A stretch of DNA of 64,000 nt from Planctomycetota bacterium (lineage in GTDB: Bacteria > Planctomycetota > PLA2 > JAEUHO01): contig CBDCTJ010000007.1 in assembly GCA_965222115.1 (NCBI GenBank), positions 2,208,001 through 2,272,000 of the forward strand. Direction: 5' to 3'. The notes beneath the pieces were generated by a model. That model had not been told where the DNA came from. It saw only the letters and a program-made list of their open reading frames with translations, and did not search any database. Below, in pieces: positions 27,674-37,519 of the stretch (the stretch's first letter is position 1; the number at the start of each line of letters is the position of its first letter). Position numbers and translations under genes: made by a program.

Positions 27674-30600
27674 TGAGAAGGCGTTGCTTCATGAGGGGTT
27701 CATTTGTAATTGTTGTACGCAGTCTTTTGCTCATGGCGTTTACGTCCCTCGTGCAGGTGATTGATGCGCCTCCGGCCAGCGCAAAGGAAGATGCGGCCAA
27801 ACTCGAAGCCAAGATTGCCAAAATCGATTATTCGAATCTGAACCCGTTTGGCTTTCGGTCGTTTGAGCGATGGTACGGAACCAACCGCACCGAGCGCACG
27901 AATTCAATAAAAGCGATAGACCTCGGTCTCGACTGGATCGCAGCCCAACAAGTGAAGGACGGCAGTTTTCGTCACGACGACGACAAGAGCGTGAATGAAG
28001 GGTTTCGGTCAGGTGTGACCGCGCTTTGCGCGCTAGCGATGATGGGACGAGGGCGCAACGGCCGCGATGGAAACTCCCATGATGCTGTCCTGGTCCGCGC
28101 CTTGGGATATCTGGTGAACAACCAAGCTGAAAATGGTGCCATTGGTTGGGACAAGTCCTTCGGCCATTCAATCTATAACCATGCATTCGCCGCGCTCGCC
28201 CTCGTCGAGGCGTTCGGATTATCCGGCGACCACAAATGGCGCGCCCCCGCGCAGCGCGCATTGGACTTTCTCGCCTTGGCCAGAAATCCCTATTTTGGCT
28301 GGCGATATGGGATTCGTACGGGAGAGGTAGATACCTCCGTGTCTTGCTGCTGCGTACTCGCCATACTCGCGGCCAAGCGAGTCAATCGTGCGGCCATTGC
28401 GAATGGGTTTGCGTCGCCACTTCGGGTGGATGAGCCTGCGCTGGAAGGTGTGAAGGCCTGGCTCGACAAGATTGTCGATCCCGATTACGGCGCTGCGGGA
28501 TACGTCGTTCGCGGTCAAAGCGGCAGAGGATACAAGGGCGACGTACCGCGAGACCCCGAAACGAACCTGGACGCCAATACCGCATCTGCTCTGCTCTACT
28601 TCACCCATATCTATAACTATGAGCCGCGCAGACTGCAGAAAGAGAAATTGCCAAAACTCATGACCGACCGGTGTCTGTCAAACCTCCCCCGTTGGCAGTC
28701 GGGTCGGGCTGACTACTACTACTGGTTTTTCGCGACAACAGCGTTTGCGCGCCTCGGCGGAAAGGCATGGGATACGTGGCGCGAAGCGCTCAACAAGGTA
28801 TTACTGACGAACCAGATTCTGGAAAAGCCGACTTACCGAGGTTCATGGGATCCGATCGGCGTGTGGTCCAGTCACGGGGGACGCTTGTATTCGACCGCCA
28901 TGGCGGTACTTGCGCTTGAGGCACCCGCGCGCACGATTGATCATCGCTTGAAGGCGAGCATGGTTGTCTCGCTCATCAAGGACAAGACGTCTTCGCATCT
29001 GGCATCCAGATCGATAGTGTCGTGGTTCATCAATCATCGCGCCTACAAAACTAAATCGAAAGACATCGATCAAATCATACGCGCGGCGTGCAAGCACAAA
29101 CACGTGTCGGTCCGAATCGCAGGAATTGAGGCTCCGCGTCATCCGGATCAGCTGAGCGGGGGCATCAAGAGTGCGATTCGACGCTGCCTTTCCGATACCG
29201 ATTCGCGTGTTCGGGTTGCGGCTGTGCTTGCCGTGCGGCGGCTCATGCCCAAGCACAAGAAGTTGTCAGAGTGGCTGGCCACCGCGGCAAAAGACAAGGA
29301 TCCGAGTGTCCGCACCGCTGCAACGATCGACATCGCATTGGGTCGCGATGAAGTCGCGAAGCGACTCGGCATTCTGTCCGGGCTGGCCGCCAACGATCCC
29401 TGGGCTCGTGCGTGTTCGCTTTTTTCTGCTCAAGATTCTCTGAGTGACTCCAAGGCGCTAACGTCCCATGCCGTAGCAGCTCTGGGCAGCCAGCATGAAT
29501 CAATCGTTCGAGCTGGTCTTATGACGCTACACACCTTGCCCAAGCCCGAAGCGATGGAGCTCGCTCCGATTGAGGCGCTTCTTGCCCGAAACAGCCCCTG
29601 GATTCGCCTTGATGCGTGCAAAGCTCTCCTTCACGTACAGCCAACGAAAGGAAACGAACGCGTCCTCTCCACCTTGCAGGACCTGATTACGTCCGAAGAT
29701 CTGGCCGTCGTTGCCGCCGCCATGGATGTTCTGCATCGCATCGGTGGACTCGAGAAGGTGAACGAGTTTCTGTTGGTGAGGCTTCTGCGTGGCCCCGACC
29801 ACGAAGTACGTCGGATGGTCATTGACGAGTTGGGTCGTCGTAAGAGCAAACGAGACAACACCGTGCGGAATCTCGCGCTGATTCGTTACTCGTCCCTGCG
29901 AGAAGCGGAACGCGTTCATGCTGCTTCCGCGCATTCGAAGGCCGGGTTTACGGAAGAACAAGTGCTCGATATCGTCGCTCGTGGACTGCGCGCAGCCGAC
30001 ACGCGTATGCTTGCGACGGAGGCCTTGATCATGGCTGGGTCGGCGTCGATTCCCGCGCTGCTGCGCGAGCTGAATCACGCGGACAACAAGAATCCCTTGC
30101 CGGTCTTGCACGCACTTCAGCATTTAGGATTTGGTGCTAGCGGTGCCGTGCTGCCGCTACGGGCGTATCTCGCGACCGTGAAGGACGACAGAGTCAAGTC
30201 TGAAGTCATTACAACGTTGATTGCAACCGGAGATGACACTCACAACGTTCAATCGCTCCCCAAGGCACTCAATGCGGGGTTTGATCGCTTGGGGCTGCGC
30301 CGATCCATACTCAGCTATCGACAGAAGCTGCGCACGGAACCACAGACCGTGAAAGCTCTCTGCGAGGCCTACAAGGCGTCGGCAGATCCCAAGGTGCGTG
30401 CGACAGCACTTTTTGTATTGATCGATCACGCGTGGACCCATCCCGATGCGATGGACGTGTGCGTGGATGCCGCATGGAGTCATCCCGATGCGCATGTTCG
30501 ATGGGTCGCGCTCTTTATCGCACTGCAGACACCCAAGAAGAAGGACAAGCACCTGCGCGCGATTGTGCTTGGGCTGTCCGACGAGGACCCCCGCGTGCGT

Positions 30601-31023
30601 TCGCTCTGCGCCGAGCACATTGGAATCGGCTGGCGCATCTCAAAGGCAACAATCGATCAGCTCTTGCGTGCCATGGAGTCATCCATTCCTGCGGCGAGGC
30701 GCGCCGTAGGCAGGCTTCTCAAGAAACACGCGAAACAAGCGGTTCCTGCCTTGATCGATGCGTGGAAGCGAGGCGTACACAAAATCGGTGCGGCACGCGC
30801 GGCGGGCTGGTGCGGCCCCGAATCCTTCGAGACGATTCAACAGTGGCTGTTGGATCCCGATGCCAAGTCTCGCATCGCCGCGGCTCACGGCATGGGCGTG
30901 CTGATTCAGGGCAATCGCGTACCTCATGCGCCAGAGTTGATCTTGAAACGAATGCAATCGGAGGCGGATCCTGCCGTGCGTGAAGCCCTCGTTCGGGCTC
31001 TATGGGGACATATTGGCAAGTAG
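27673..31023 (+). CDS. Exported prenyltransferase/squalene-oxidase-repeat (alpha/alpha toroid) protein with C-terminal HEAT repeats
   Basis: TAATG overlap with the upstream gene; signal peptide ending ASA; 'GLDWIAAQQVKDGSF', 'YNHAFAALALVEAFG', 'GWRYG', 'DYYYWFF', 'GSWDP...GGRLYSTAM'; HEAT 'DTDSRVRVAA', 'DKDPSVRTAA', 'DEDPRVR'. Confidence 0.82.
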   Translation: MRRRCFMRGSFVIVVRSLLLMAFTSLVQVIDAPPASAKEDAAKLEAKIAKIDYSNLNPFGFRSFERWYGTNRTERTNSIKAIDLGLDWIAAQQVKDGSFRHDDDKSVNEGFRSGVTALCALAMMGRGRNGRDGNSHDAVLVRALGYLVNNQAENGAIGWDKSFGHSIYNHAFAALALVEAFGLSGDHKWRAPAQRALDFLALARNPYFGWRYGIRTGEVDTSVSCCCVLAILAAKRVNRAAIANGFASPLRVDEPALEGVKAWLDKIVDPDYGAAGYVVRGQSGRGYKGDVPRDPETNLDANTASALLYFTHIYNYEPRRLQKEKLPKLMTDRCLSNLPRWQSGRADYYYWFFATTAFARLGGKAWDTWREALNKVLLTNQILEKPTYRGSWDPIGVWSSHGGRLYSTAMAVLALEAPARTIDHRLKASMVVSLIKDKTSSHLASRSIVSWFINHRAYKTKSKDIDQIIRAACKHKHVSVRIAGIEAPRHPDQLSGGIKSAIRRCLSDTDSRVRVAAVLAVRRLMPKHKKLSEWLATAAKDKDPSVRTAATIDIALGRDEVAKRLGILSGLAANDPWARACSLFSAQDSLSDSKALTSHAVAALGSQHESIVRAGLMTLHTLPKPEAMELAPIEALLARNSPWIRLDACKALLHVQPTKGNERVLSTLQDLITSEDLAVVAAAMDVLHRIGGLEKVNEFLLVRLLRGPDHEVRRMVIDELGRRKSKRDNTVRNLALIRYSSLREAERVHAASAHSKAGFTEEQVLDIVARGLRAADTRMLATEALIMAGSASIPALLRELNHADNKNPLPVLHALQHLGFGASGAVLPLRAYLATVKDDRVKSEVITTLIATGDDTHNVQSLPKALNAGFDRLGLRRSILSYRQKLRTEPQTVKALCEAYKASADPKVRATALFVLIDHAWTHPDAMDVCVDAAWSHPDAHVRWVALFIALQTPKKKDKHLRAIVLGLSDEDPRVRSLCAEHIGIGWRISKATIDQLLRAMESSIPAARRAVGRLLKKHAKQAVPALIDAWKRGVHKIGAARAAGWCGPESFETIQQWLLDPDAKSRIAAAHGMGVLIQGNRVPHAPELILKRMQSEADPAVREALVRALWGHIGK

Positions 31024-31050
31024 GTCTCGATCGAGACCCATGCGTAGCTG

Positions 31051-32316
31051 CTATCCGCCTCCCGTAACACTCGCTTTCGCCGGTTCGGGTTTGCGGTCGT
31101 TGGGGATGGCGCGCAGCGAGGTTTTGTCGAGCAGCAAGATCAAGGTGTGCATTGCCGTGACATAGGCTTCAGTACGTCCGCGTGAAAGGCCGCCTTTCTT
31201 GGAATCATTTGACGAAGCGGGCAGCGCATCGCGGCAGATGCATTCAAAGGACCCATTGTCGGATTGATGTTTGATCATGCGTGCAAAGAACGTCTCTCGA
31301 AACCGGTCCCAGGCCGTATTGCCGCGTGCGCGAAAGAGAAAGGCGGCCAGCATAAAGTTGTAGGTCGCTGACCCATGGCCTTCGGTGAGGTATTCCATCC
31401 CGTCGTCAACGAACTCGAGCGCGCGCGACATCTCCACATCACGCCAACCTATGCCCAAGATGTGCATGGCCCACGCTGCGCCGGCTGCACGGCTTACACC
31501 GGTGAGTGCTTTGTGGGCACTGCGTTGGCTCGGATCGTAGGGAAAGTTGCCATTGGCGTGTTCGGCATACTTGAAGTAGCGAATTGCGCGCTCAAGGGCT
31601 TCATTGCCGACGGCATCGATCTTCTTAGTTGCCGCATTCTTAGTAGGCGGTAGGGGAGCGACCGCATTTGACATATGTAGCGCGGGTGCCACGAGGTTGG
31701 TCGTCGACACGAGCGTATCGGCGTACATCCCGTAGCCATCCATGGGATCCGGGCCGCGCGGCTTGCCTTTGTCCTTCACAATGCCGTGGCCCCATCCTCC
31801 GTTTTCGGCCTGGGCGCGAATCAGAATGGCGTTGATCTTCGCAAGAGACGCCCTCGCGGCACGTTTCTTGATTCCGCGCGCGTGGCACTCGGCAAAGAAC
31901 ACGGCCGACATGGCCAAGGGCCAAGTGAATTGCACAAGCTTACTGGAGCTGATGGATCCATTACGTTCCGGGATCATTGCCGGGTCGGCGAGTTTGGTCG
32001 CCACCGTGTCGGCATAACGATCCAAATACTTGCGTATGGCGTCGATGGACAACGCGGGGCGTTTGGATGAACTGCGAACGTCTTTGGCGAGCAGCATGAC
32101 CAACCCAGTAACGGCCATGGTGAACTGTTTGCGCGGCGTTCCGGAACTCTCGCGCATACTGGGAAGCGTGCGTTCGAGATAGCCCACGCCTTTCAACGCT
32201 GATTCAATAGCACTTGCCTTTCGTTTGCCACGCTCCTTGGCGATGGATGTGCCAGCACTTACCGATAGTGCGATTGCAAGCGCCGTAGCCGTTGAGATCA
32301 CTCTACGTCGTGTCAT
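31051..32316 (-). CDS. Exported prenyltransferase-like alpha/alpha toroid protein
   Basis: Signal peptide 'MTRRRVISTATALAIALSVSAGTSIA'; QW-like repeats 'AQAENGGWGHG', 'ANGNFPY', 'HQSDNGSF'. Confidence 0.65.
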   Translation of the reverse strand: MTRRRVISTATALAIALSVSAGTSIAKERGKRKASAIESALKGVGYLERTLPSMRESSGTPRKQFTMAVTGLVMLLAKDVRSSSKRPALSIDAIRKYLDRYADTVATKLADPAMIPERNGSISSSKLVQFTWPLAMSAVFFAECHARGIKKRAARASLAKINAILIRAQAENGGWGHGIVKDKGKPRGPDPMDGYGMYADTLVSTTNLVAPALHMSNAVAPLPPTKNAATKKIDAVGNEALERAIRYFKYAEHANGNFPYDPSQRSAHKALTGVSRAAGAAWAMHILGIGWRDVEMSRALEFVDDGMEYLTEGHGSATYNFMLAAFLFRARGNTAWDRFRETFFARMIKHQSDNGSFECICRDALPASSNDSKKGGLSRGRTEAYVTAMHTLILLLDKTSLRAIPNDRKPEPAKASVTGGG

Positions 32317-32479
32317 GGCGCGTCTCCCTGCGTTGTGACTCCCTACGCCTTCGTCCTCGTTTCGTTTGAACGTTTCTGAGCATTGAAATTTTCAGGATTC
32401 GTCAAACACCGTCTGTTTGGCGGCGTATGAGGAAAGAAGGGTGCGGCTTTCTCCTGCGCATTGAGTTCGTCCTCATCAC

Positions 32480-34516
32480 TTGTGCTCGTCCGTTCACGTC
32501 GAGGGAGTCGCCATGGTTCACGTTTCGATCTTCGCGAGCCCTCTTAGATTGTACTCGAACGGGTTTGTGAAAATCGCAGGGGTGGCCACGTTGCTCTGCA
32601 TGTCTTCACTGTGTTGCTCACCGTGTTGCTGGTTACTGTCTGCGGCGAGCGCCTCTCCCCAAGCGGATGTGCCATCAGCGCGTCAAGTCATACACAGGCG
32701 TTCGAAATCACTTCATGATGCGATTCTCGTTGCATGCGGTCACGCTGTAGGTGAACATAAGCGTCAGGGCGCGCTCATTGTGGATGTCACACCGCATGTT
32801 CGCAAGCACGCGCACCTGATTCAGGAGGCATTACGCGCCTTGTCCGATGACGATCGCGGACCCAAGCGTTGGCGCGTTGCACGACTCGGCGGCTCGTTTT
32901 CACCGGCGGTGCCGCCTCGATCCCTTGCGCCGTTGATTCCTCCACTGTTTCACGCAAAGACAACGGAGCGCAATACGTTTGAACTACTCGCCAACACGAT
33001 TAAGTCGCTCAAACGCCGCGACGTATCGGTGGTATTCATCGCCGATTGGCAATTTGAGGACGAGTACCGTTTGGAGCGATTCATCAAGTTGATGAGCGAT
33101 CGCCGCCACCGATTTGGTGTTGTGGGTTCCGAAGCTGGTTTTGGACGCGCGTGGAACGACGGCGTACTCGATGTCCGCGAGCGCTTGCACAATTTTGACG
33201 CGTTGAAAGGAAACCTCGGCAAAGGCGCGGACATGAAGGCGAAATCGCGCTACGACGCCACCATTGGCCGCGCGCCCTTTGGACCCGTAACCCGTGAGGC
33301 GCCCTGGCATGGGGGCGACACGGCCTATCCGCACATCCCGTATCGATATTCGGCTCAACTCTGGAAGACTGAGTTTTCGCCACGGGATCTTGAGTTTGAC
33401 AGCGGCGAGCACGAGCGATCGCGTCGCCGCGTGCGTTCCGAAGATATGGAAGACCTGCTGGAGCGACGCGGGCGAGGTCCCAATATCACGCGTGCCAGCA
33501 TGGGTCGTGCCGTCGCACTGCCATCCACTTTTGGTCCTTATGGCCTCATGCGCGCGGCCAGCATGCTCGGTGGAAAGTACGTTCTGTGGTCTTGGAATCC
33601 AACAGGCCGCAGTCCACTGGTCTATGACTTCAGTCGCTGCGATTTCTTCGAACCCGACTTGCGATCGCGCTCAGCCATTCGCGCCTCCATTACGCGCAAT
33701 GCGTTGTCACGCGCGCTCCTGAAAGCATGGCATCGCATCGCATCGAAATTCGACGCGGTCGCCGAACACACCCCGCCTCTCTCACAGGGAGCTGGGCCTG
33801 CTTCGATCGACTTGCTTGAGCGCTCGGCCACGCAGCTTCCAACGATGCTTCGTGGACCATCGGATGTGCGTGAACTCGTGCGACGCGCCACGCAATGGCA
33901 GCGGGCCACACGCGATGCACAGACGATATTGCGTACCGCCGTTACTCGTGCACGTGCCGACGCGAAGGGCCCGCGCCGCCTCCTTGCCGATGCCGAACTC
34001 GCTCTGCACACGCTGCACGTGATCGACTTTCAGTTGGGTGAGTCGTTAGCCGTCGCACGAAACATTCCTCGAGTTGCATGGAAGAAGGAGGGGACGCGTG
34101 TGGTCGTGTCACCACGCCCGTGGATTCTGCGCGGCGACGATCCGGAGAACATTGAGAAGGTGCACGGGGTGACGCCTCACCAAGAGGACCGAGCTGCCGA
34201 AATCGAGGCCGCTCGTGCGCGTCATTTGCGGCGTTACCGGGCCACACCGTTCGGCGTACAGGTCGCGGCGAACCCCGTCAACACCTACAGGCTGCGGGTT
34301 ATTGAGCCGCGCGAGTCGAAGGGCGAGCGCCGCTTCCCCGGTCGCGGCTTGGCCGAGTCCGACGGGAAGAAGCGGCCTCGAACGCCTCGGCCGCGCGCCC
34401 GTCCCGATGACACGGAGACGGAGCCATCGGAACCCGAGTCTGAGCCTGGACGTCCCGCGCCGCCACCTCGCGGTGGATCATCGGGCGGCGGCGGACCGCA
34501 GACGGGTGGGGGTTAG
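32480..34516 (+). CDS. Exported hypothetical protein resembling planctomycete vWA-domain proteins; Pro/Gly-rich C-terminus
   Basis: Start uncertain (32480 TTG or 32513 ATG); hydrophobic leader; 'VVFIADWQFED...FGVVGSEAGFGR', 'STFGPYGLMRAASMLGGKY' and 'FFEPD' recall the vWA-type pattern; no clear DxSxS MIDAS. Confidence 0.55.
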   Translation: MCSSVHVEGVAMVHVSIFASPLRLYSNGFVKIAGVATLLCMSSLCCSPCCWLLSAASASPQADVPSARQVIHRRSKSLHDAILVACGHAVGEHKRQGALIVDVTPHVRKHAHLIQEALRALSDDDRGPKRWRVARLGGSFSPAVPPRSLAPLIPPLFHAKTTERNTFELLANTIKSLKRRDVSVVFIADWQFEDEYRLERFIKLMSDRRHRFGVVGSEAGFGRAWNDGVLDVRERLHNFDALKGNLGKGADMKAKSRYDATIGRAPFGPVTREAPWHGGDTAYPHIPYRYSAQLWKTEFSPRDLEFDSGEHERSRRRVRSEDMEDLLERRGRGPNITRASMGRAVALPSTFGPYGLMRAASMLGGKYVLWSWNPTGRSPLVYDFSRCDFFEPDLRSRSAIRASITRNALSRALLKAWHRIASKFDAVAEHTPPLSQGAGPASIDLLERSATQLPTMLRGPSDVRELVRRATQWQRATRDAQTILRTAVTRARADAKGPRRLLADAELALHTLHVIDFQLGESLAVARNIPRVAWKKEGTRVVVSPRPWILRGDDPENIEKVHGVTPHQEDRAAEIEAARARHLRRYRATPFGVQVAANPVNTYRLRVIEPRESKGERRFPGRGLAESDGKKRPRTPRPRARPDDTETEPSEPESEPGRPAPPPRGGSSGGGGPQTGGG

Positions 34517-34659
34517 ATTCGGTCTCGGCTGATTCGGTTGGCAACCTCGTTACCTATCTCTTGAGGGCCATTTGCTGCCCCTAGGCGACTTACGCCCACC
34601 GTTGCAACGCTCCGCGCCGCTGTGGATGCGCCTCGCAATAACCTGTGGTCCATTTCGTA

Positions 34660-34676
34660 TAGGCATGGGTGTTGCA
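34660..34676 (+). promoter_or_regulatory. Candidate sigma-54 (-24/-12) promoter for the FHA-pilM-pilin operon
   Basis: TAGGCATGGGTGTTGCA: GG at 34662-63, exactly 10 nt, then GC at 34674-75; close to consensus TGGCAC-N5-TTGCW. Confidence 0.6.
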
Positions 34677-34965
34677 GATTGACGGTCCCGCTTCGCTTCG
34701 CGAAATCAACGTGACGCCCGTCCGCCCGTCCGCCCGTCCCGCGCCCATCCGAAGCCATTCGCATATGCGAAGGCATGGCATCGTGCAGGCATTGGTGCCG
34801 TCGTGCCGCGCGCATACCGTTGGCCGTTCGAGGACGCATAAGAGAAGCAGAGCCCAGGCATATCGAGCCCGGCGCGGCAACGCATCGGCGCACGTGTGTC
34901 AACCAAGGCCCCTGTGTCAGCCAAGACCGGTGCCCCGTTCGGGGTCCCGGCGTTTTGGAGAAGCT

Positions 34966-37470
34966 ATGGCGCGTTTGACCTACAAGGTCGACGACGAAGA
35001 ACGAGTCGTAGAACTTGACCCCAACAATGCGGTGCGCATTGGGCGCGATGAAGCCTGTACCATCCCGCTTCCCGATGTTCGCGGTGTCTCGCGGCGGCAC
35101 TGTCAAATCATGGCGCTTCCGCATCAAGGGCGAACGGTTTGGGAGTTGACCGATCTCGGCGCCACCAACAAGACCCACGTCAATGGCAAGCCCGCCGATC
35201 GAAAAGTGCTGTCAAGCGGCGACACCATTCAAGTGGGCGAGTGCGAGTTTGCATTTGCGGATGAAGAAGAAGAGAAGCAACTGCGCGAAGCCGGTAGCCA
35301 GGGCGTGTGTTATCTCGAATGGGTTACCGGCGGACAGAAGGGCGCGAAAGTTTGGCTCGACAAGCCCCGCGTGACGATGGGTCGTCGCGACTCGAGCACC
35401 ATTCCCCTTGATGACCGAATGGCCTCGGGTCACCACGCCGAAATCACCAAAGACCTCAACGGTTTCACGATTCGCGATATGGGTTCAACCAACGGCACGT
35501 TGGTCAACGGCGAACCCACGACCGAGGCTCCGCTCAATCACGGGACGCGTATTCGCATCGGCAACAGTCGCTTCGTTTTCAAAGACCCCTCCATGAAAGA
35601 CATCGAAGTCGAACTCTCGCAGTTCGATGATGACGACGGTTGGGGGATGATGGGCGACATCGATCTCACCAAGGCTCGTGGGTCGTATGGCGGATTGCTC
35701 GCCAGTCTGTTGCTATTGGGTCTGGTTGGAGCGGGTGCCTATTTCTTCTTGAACGCAAAGAAGAAGACCAACATCGCAGGCGTTACGGCCGACACGCTCG
35801 TCACCAATCACAACTTTGACGACGCCCAAAATTTGCTGTGGTCCGAAGAGGGCGGCGGAGATGACGTGGGCGTGGTGATACGTGGCAAGGGCAAGAAGGC
35901 CGCGCTGGTTGTGACCGGGAACTCCGCCGAGGACGAAGGAAGCGCAGCAAAATCACGTATCGTCGTGTATGACGAGTCGTTCGCCGCGCTCGATCAACCG
36001 CTTCATATTCAGGCCAAGTCTCGCAGCAGTGATCCCGCATCGGGCATGGTGGGTATTTGGCGCAGCGGTGCAGCGAGTGCCACCAGTCTCACGCGCACGA
36101 TCATGCTTCAGCCCACCGAAGGTGACACCGTTGATGTCGTTCTCTCGCGTCCGCCGTGGGCCGACTCGTTCACATTGGGTGTGCTGGTACAGCCCGATGC
36201 TTCCGTGACCATCGACAATGTGTTGGTGGACTACAATGCAGATCTAGACGCCAAGGCGATTGACATTGAGTGTGCTGGCGATCCCACGGCCCACGTCAAC
36301 AGTGACGGCACCATCGACATTCTCAATAGTGCAGTCGTCATGGCCGCCGGTTGTCAGCCCGTTGCGCAAGACGAACGCGGTGAACTGCTTACACGCTTCA
36401 TGGTTGACGGCGCGCCGTCGGCGTCGGGTGAGACGGTTTCGATTCGTGGAACATTGTCTAGCGGAGAATCGACGGTACCTGTCTCCATGAAGATTGCCTC
36501 CACGCCCGATGGACTTCAGATTTCGATCGAAGGCCAGGGCGCCAAGGCCGTTGGGCTTCGTACGCTTCAACCGCTTGCCAATCTCTCGGCGGGTGTACAC
36601 GTCCTCACAACATCGGGGCCGCGTACGTTGGGTGCTGAAGCGGGTTCGAAGGCCGAGCAGGTACGAAAGACGCTTGCGGGCGAGCCTAAGGCAACCGCGC
36701 AAAGCCCGGTTACGCTCGTGACGATTGCTTCATCGGCATCGGGCGATGAAGCACCCGCGCCCACCACGCTCTCCATCGCCGATACGCTCGACCCCTCCAT
36801 GTTGGCCATCACCAATGTGGCCTCGGGTGCATCGGCCACGTTGGATGTGGTGACCAACTACCGCGCGCAGGATGAAAAGGCGCGCACCGCCTATGATCAG
36901 GCCAAAGTCGTGCTGGCCAACAAACCCATCGTGGGCATCACGCAGATGCGAGCCGTCGCGCAAGAGTACCCGTTTGCCGAAGCGGTTCGCGACAGTGCGT
37001 TGAAGGACGCCGCCGACACCGAGAAGAAGGTGCGGCAGCAGGTTCAGGCGTTTCGCGAGTCGTTGCATCGCTTCCGCATCTTCCAAAGTGAAGAAGCGCT
37101 TACAGAGCTTACGACGCTACAGTCCGCGCTCGAATCGAGCGTTGAGGGATTGACGCCCGAGCAAGGGGCTGTGGTGGGCGAAGTCCACGATTTGCTGAAG
37201 GCCACCAACGAAGCAAAGGCCGAGCACTATCGCAAGAACGCGGGGCTCGAAATGAGTCGCCTCGAACGCTTCGCCAATGTGCTCAAGGGCACCGATGGCT
37301 ACAAACCTATGGCCGCCCTGCTCTTCCAGACCATCCAGTCGCGTTTCGCTGCACTGGGTGATGACGAGTCGTTTCGCGCGCGCATGGAAGCCGCAAAGGC
37401 CAGTTTGAAAGAGCTTACGGGTGACCCCAACGTAAACACGGCCCTGCCGCCACCCGTGGAGGGGAAGTAG
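34966..37470 (+). CDS. Double-FHA-domain bitopic membrane protein with large extracytoplasmic region
   Basis: ATG 34966 with GGAG; FHA1 'IGRD...VSRRHC...DLGATNKTHVNG'; FHA2 'MGRR...ASGHHA...DMGSTNGTLVNG'; TM 'GGLLASLLLLGLVGAGAYFFL'; then beta-rich and helical regions. Confidence 0.88.
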   Translation: MARLTYKVDDEERVVELDPNNAVRIGRDEACTIPLPDVRGVSRRHCQIMALPHQGRTVWELTDLGATNKTHVNGKPADRKVLSSGDTIQVGECEFAFADEEEEKQLREAGSQGVCYLEWVTGGQKGAKVWLDKPRVTMGRRDSSTIPLDDRMASGHHAEITKDLNGFTIRDMGSTNGTLVNGEPTTEAPLNHGTRIRIGNSRFVFKDPSMKDIEVELSQFDDDDGWGMMGDIDLTKARGSYGGLLASLLLLGLVGAGAYFFLNAKKKTNIAGVTADTLVTNHNFDDAQNLLWSEEGGGDDVGVVIRGKGKKAALVVTGNSAEDEGSAAKSRIVVYDESFAALDQPLHIQAKSRSSDPASGMVGIWRSGAASATSLTRTIMLQPTEGDTVDVVLSRPPWADSFTLGVLVQPDASVTIDNVLVDYNADLDAKAIDIECAGDPTAHVNSDGTIDILNSAVVMAAGCQPVAQDERGELLTRFMVDGAPSASGETVSIRGTLSSGESTVPVSMKIASTPDGLQISIEGQGAKAVGLRTLQPLANLSAGVHVLTTSGPRTLGAEAGSKAEQVRKTLAGEPKATAQSPVTLVTIASSASGDEAPAPTTLSIADTLDPSMLAITNVASGASATLDVVTNYRAQDEKARTAYDQAKVVLANKPIVGITQMRAVAQEYPFAEAVRDSALKDAADTEKKVRQQVQAFRESLHRFRIFQSEEALTELTTLQSALESSVEGLTPEQGAVVGEVHDLLKATNEAKAEHYRKNAGLEMSRLERFANVLKGTDGYKPMAALLFQTIQSRFAALGDDESFRARMEAAKASLKELTGDPNVNTALPPPVEGK

Positions 37471-37519
37471 ATGAACGTGTTCACGAACTCCCCCCGCATG
37501 ACAATCGAAGGAGTTGACC

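Noticed and set aside
27673-31023. Squalene-hopene cyclase / hopanoid biosynthesis
   Set aside because: Single toroid domain, signal peptide, no DxDD catalytic motif and no hpn neighbours.
34669-34965. 99-aa N-terminal extension of the FHA protein (likewise extensions at 5046-5123, 7853-8059, 43551-43646, 60605-60628)
   Set aside because: Better downstream starts with RBS exist; the extensions overlap promoters or neighbouring genes and look non-coding.
34966-37470. Type III secretion system
   Set aside because: Despite the SctD-like FHA layout and the secretins, no SctRSTUV, SctJ or SctN genes are present.
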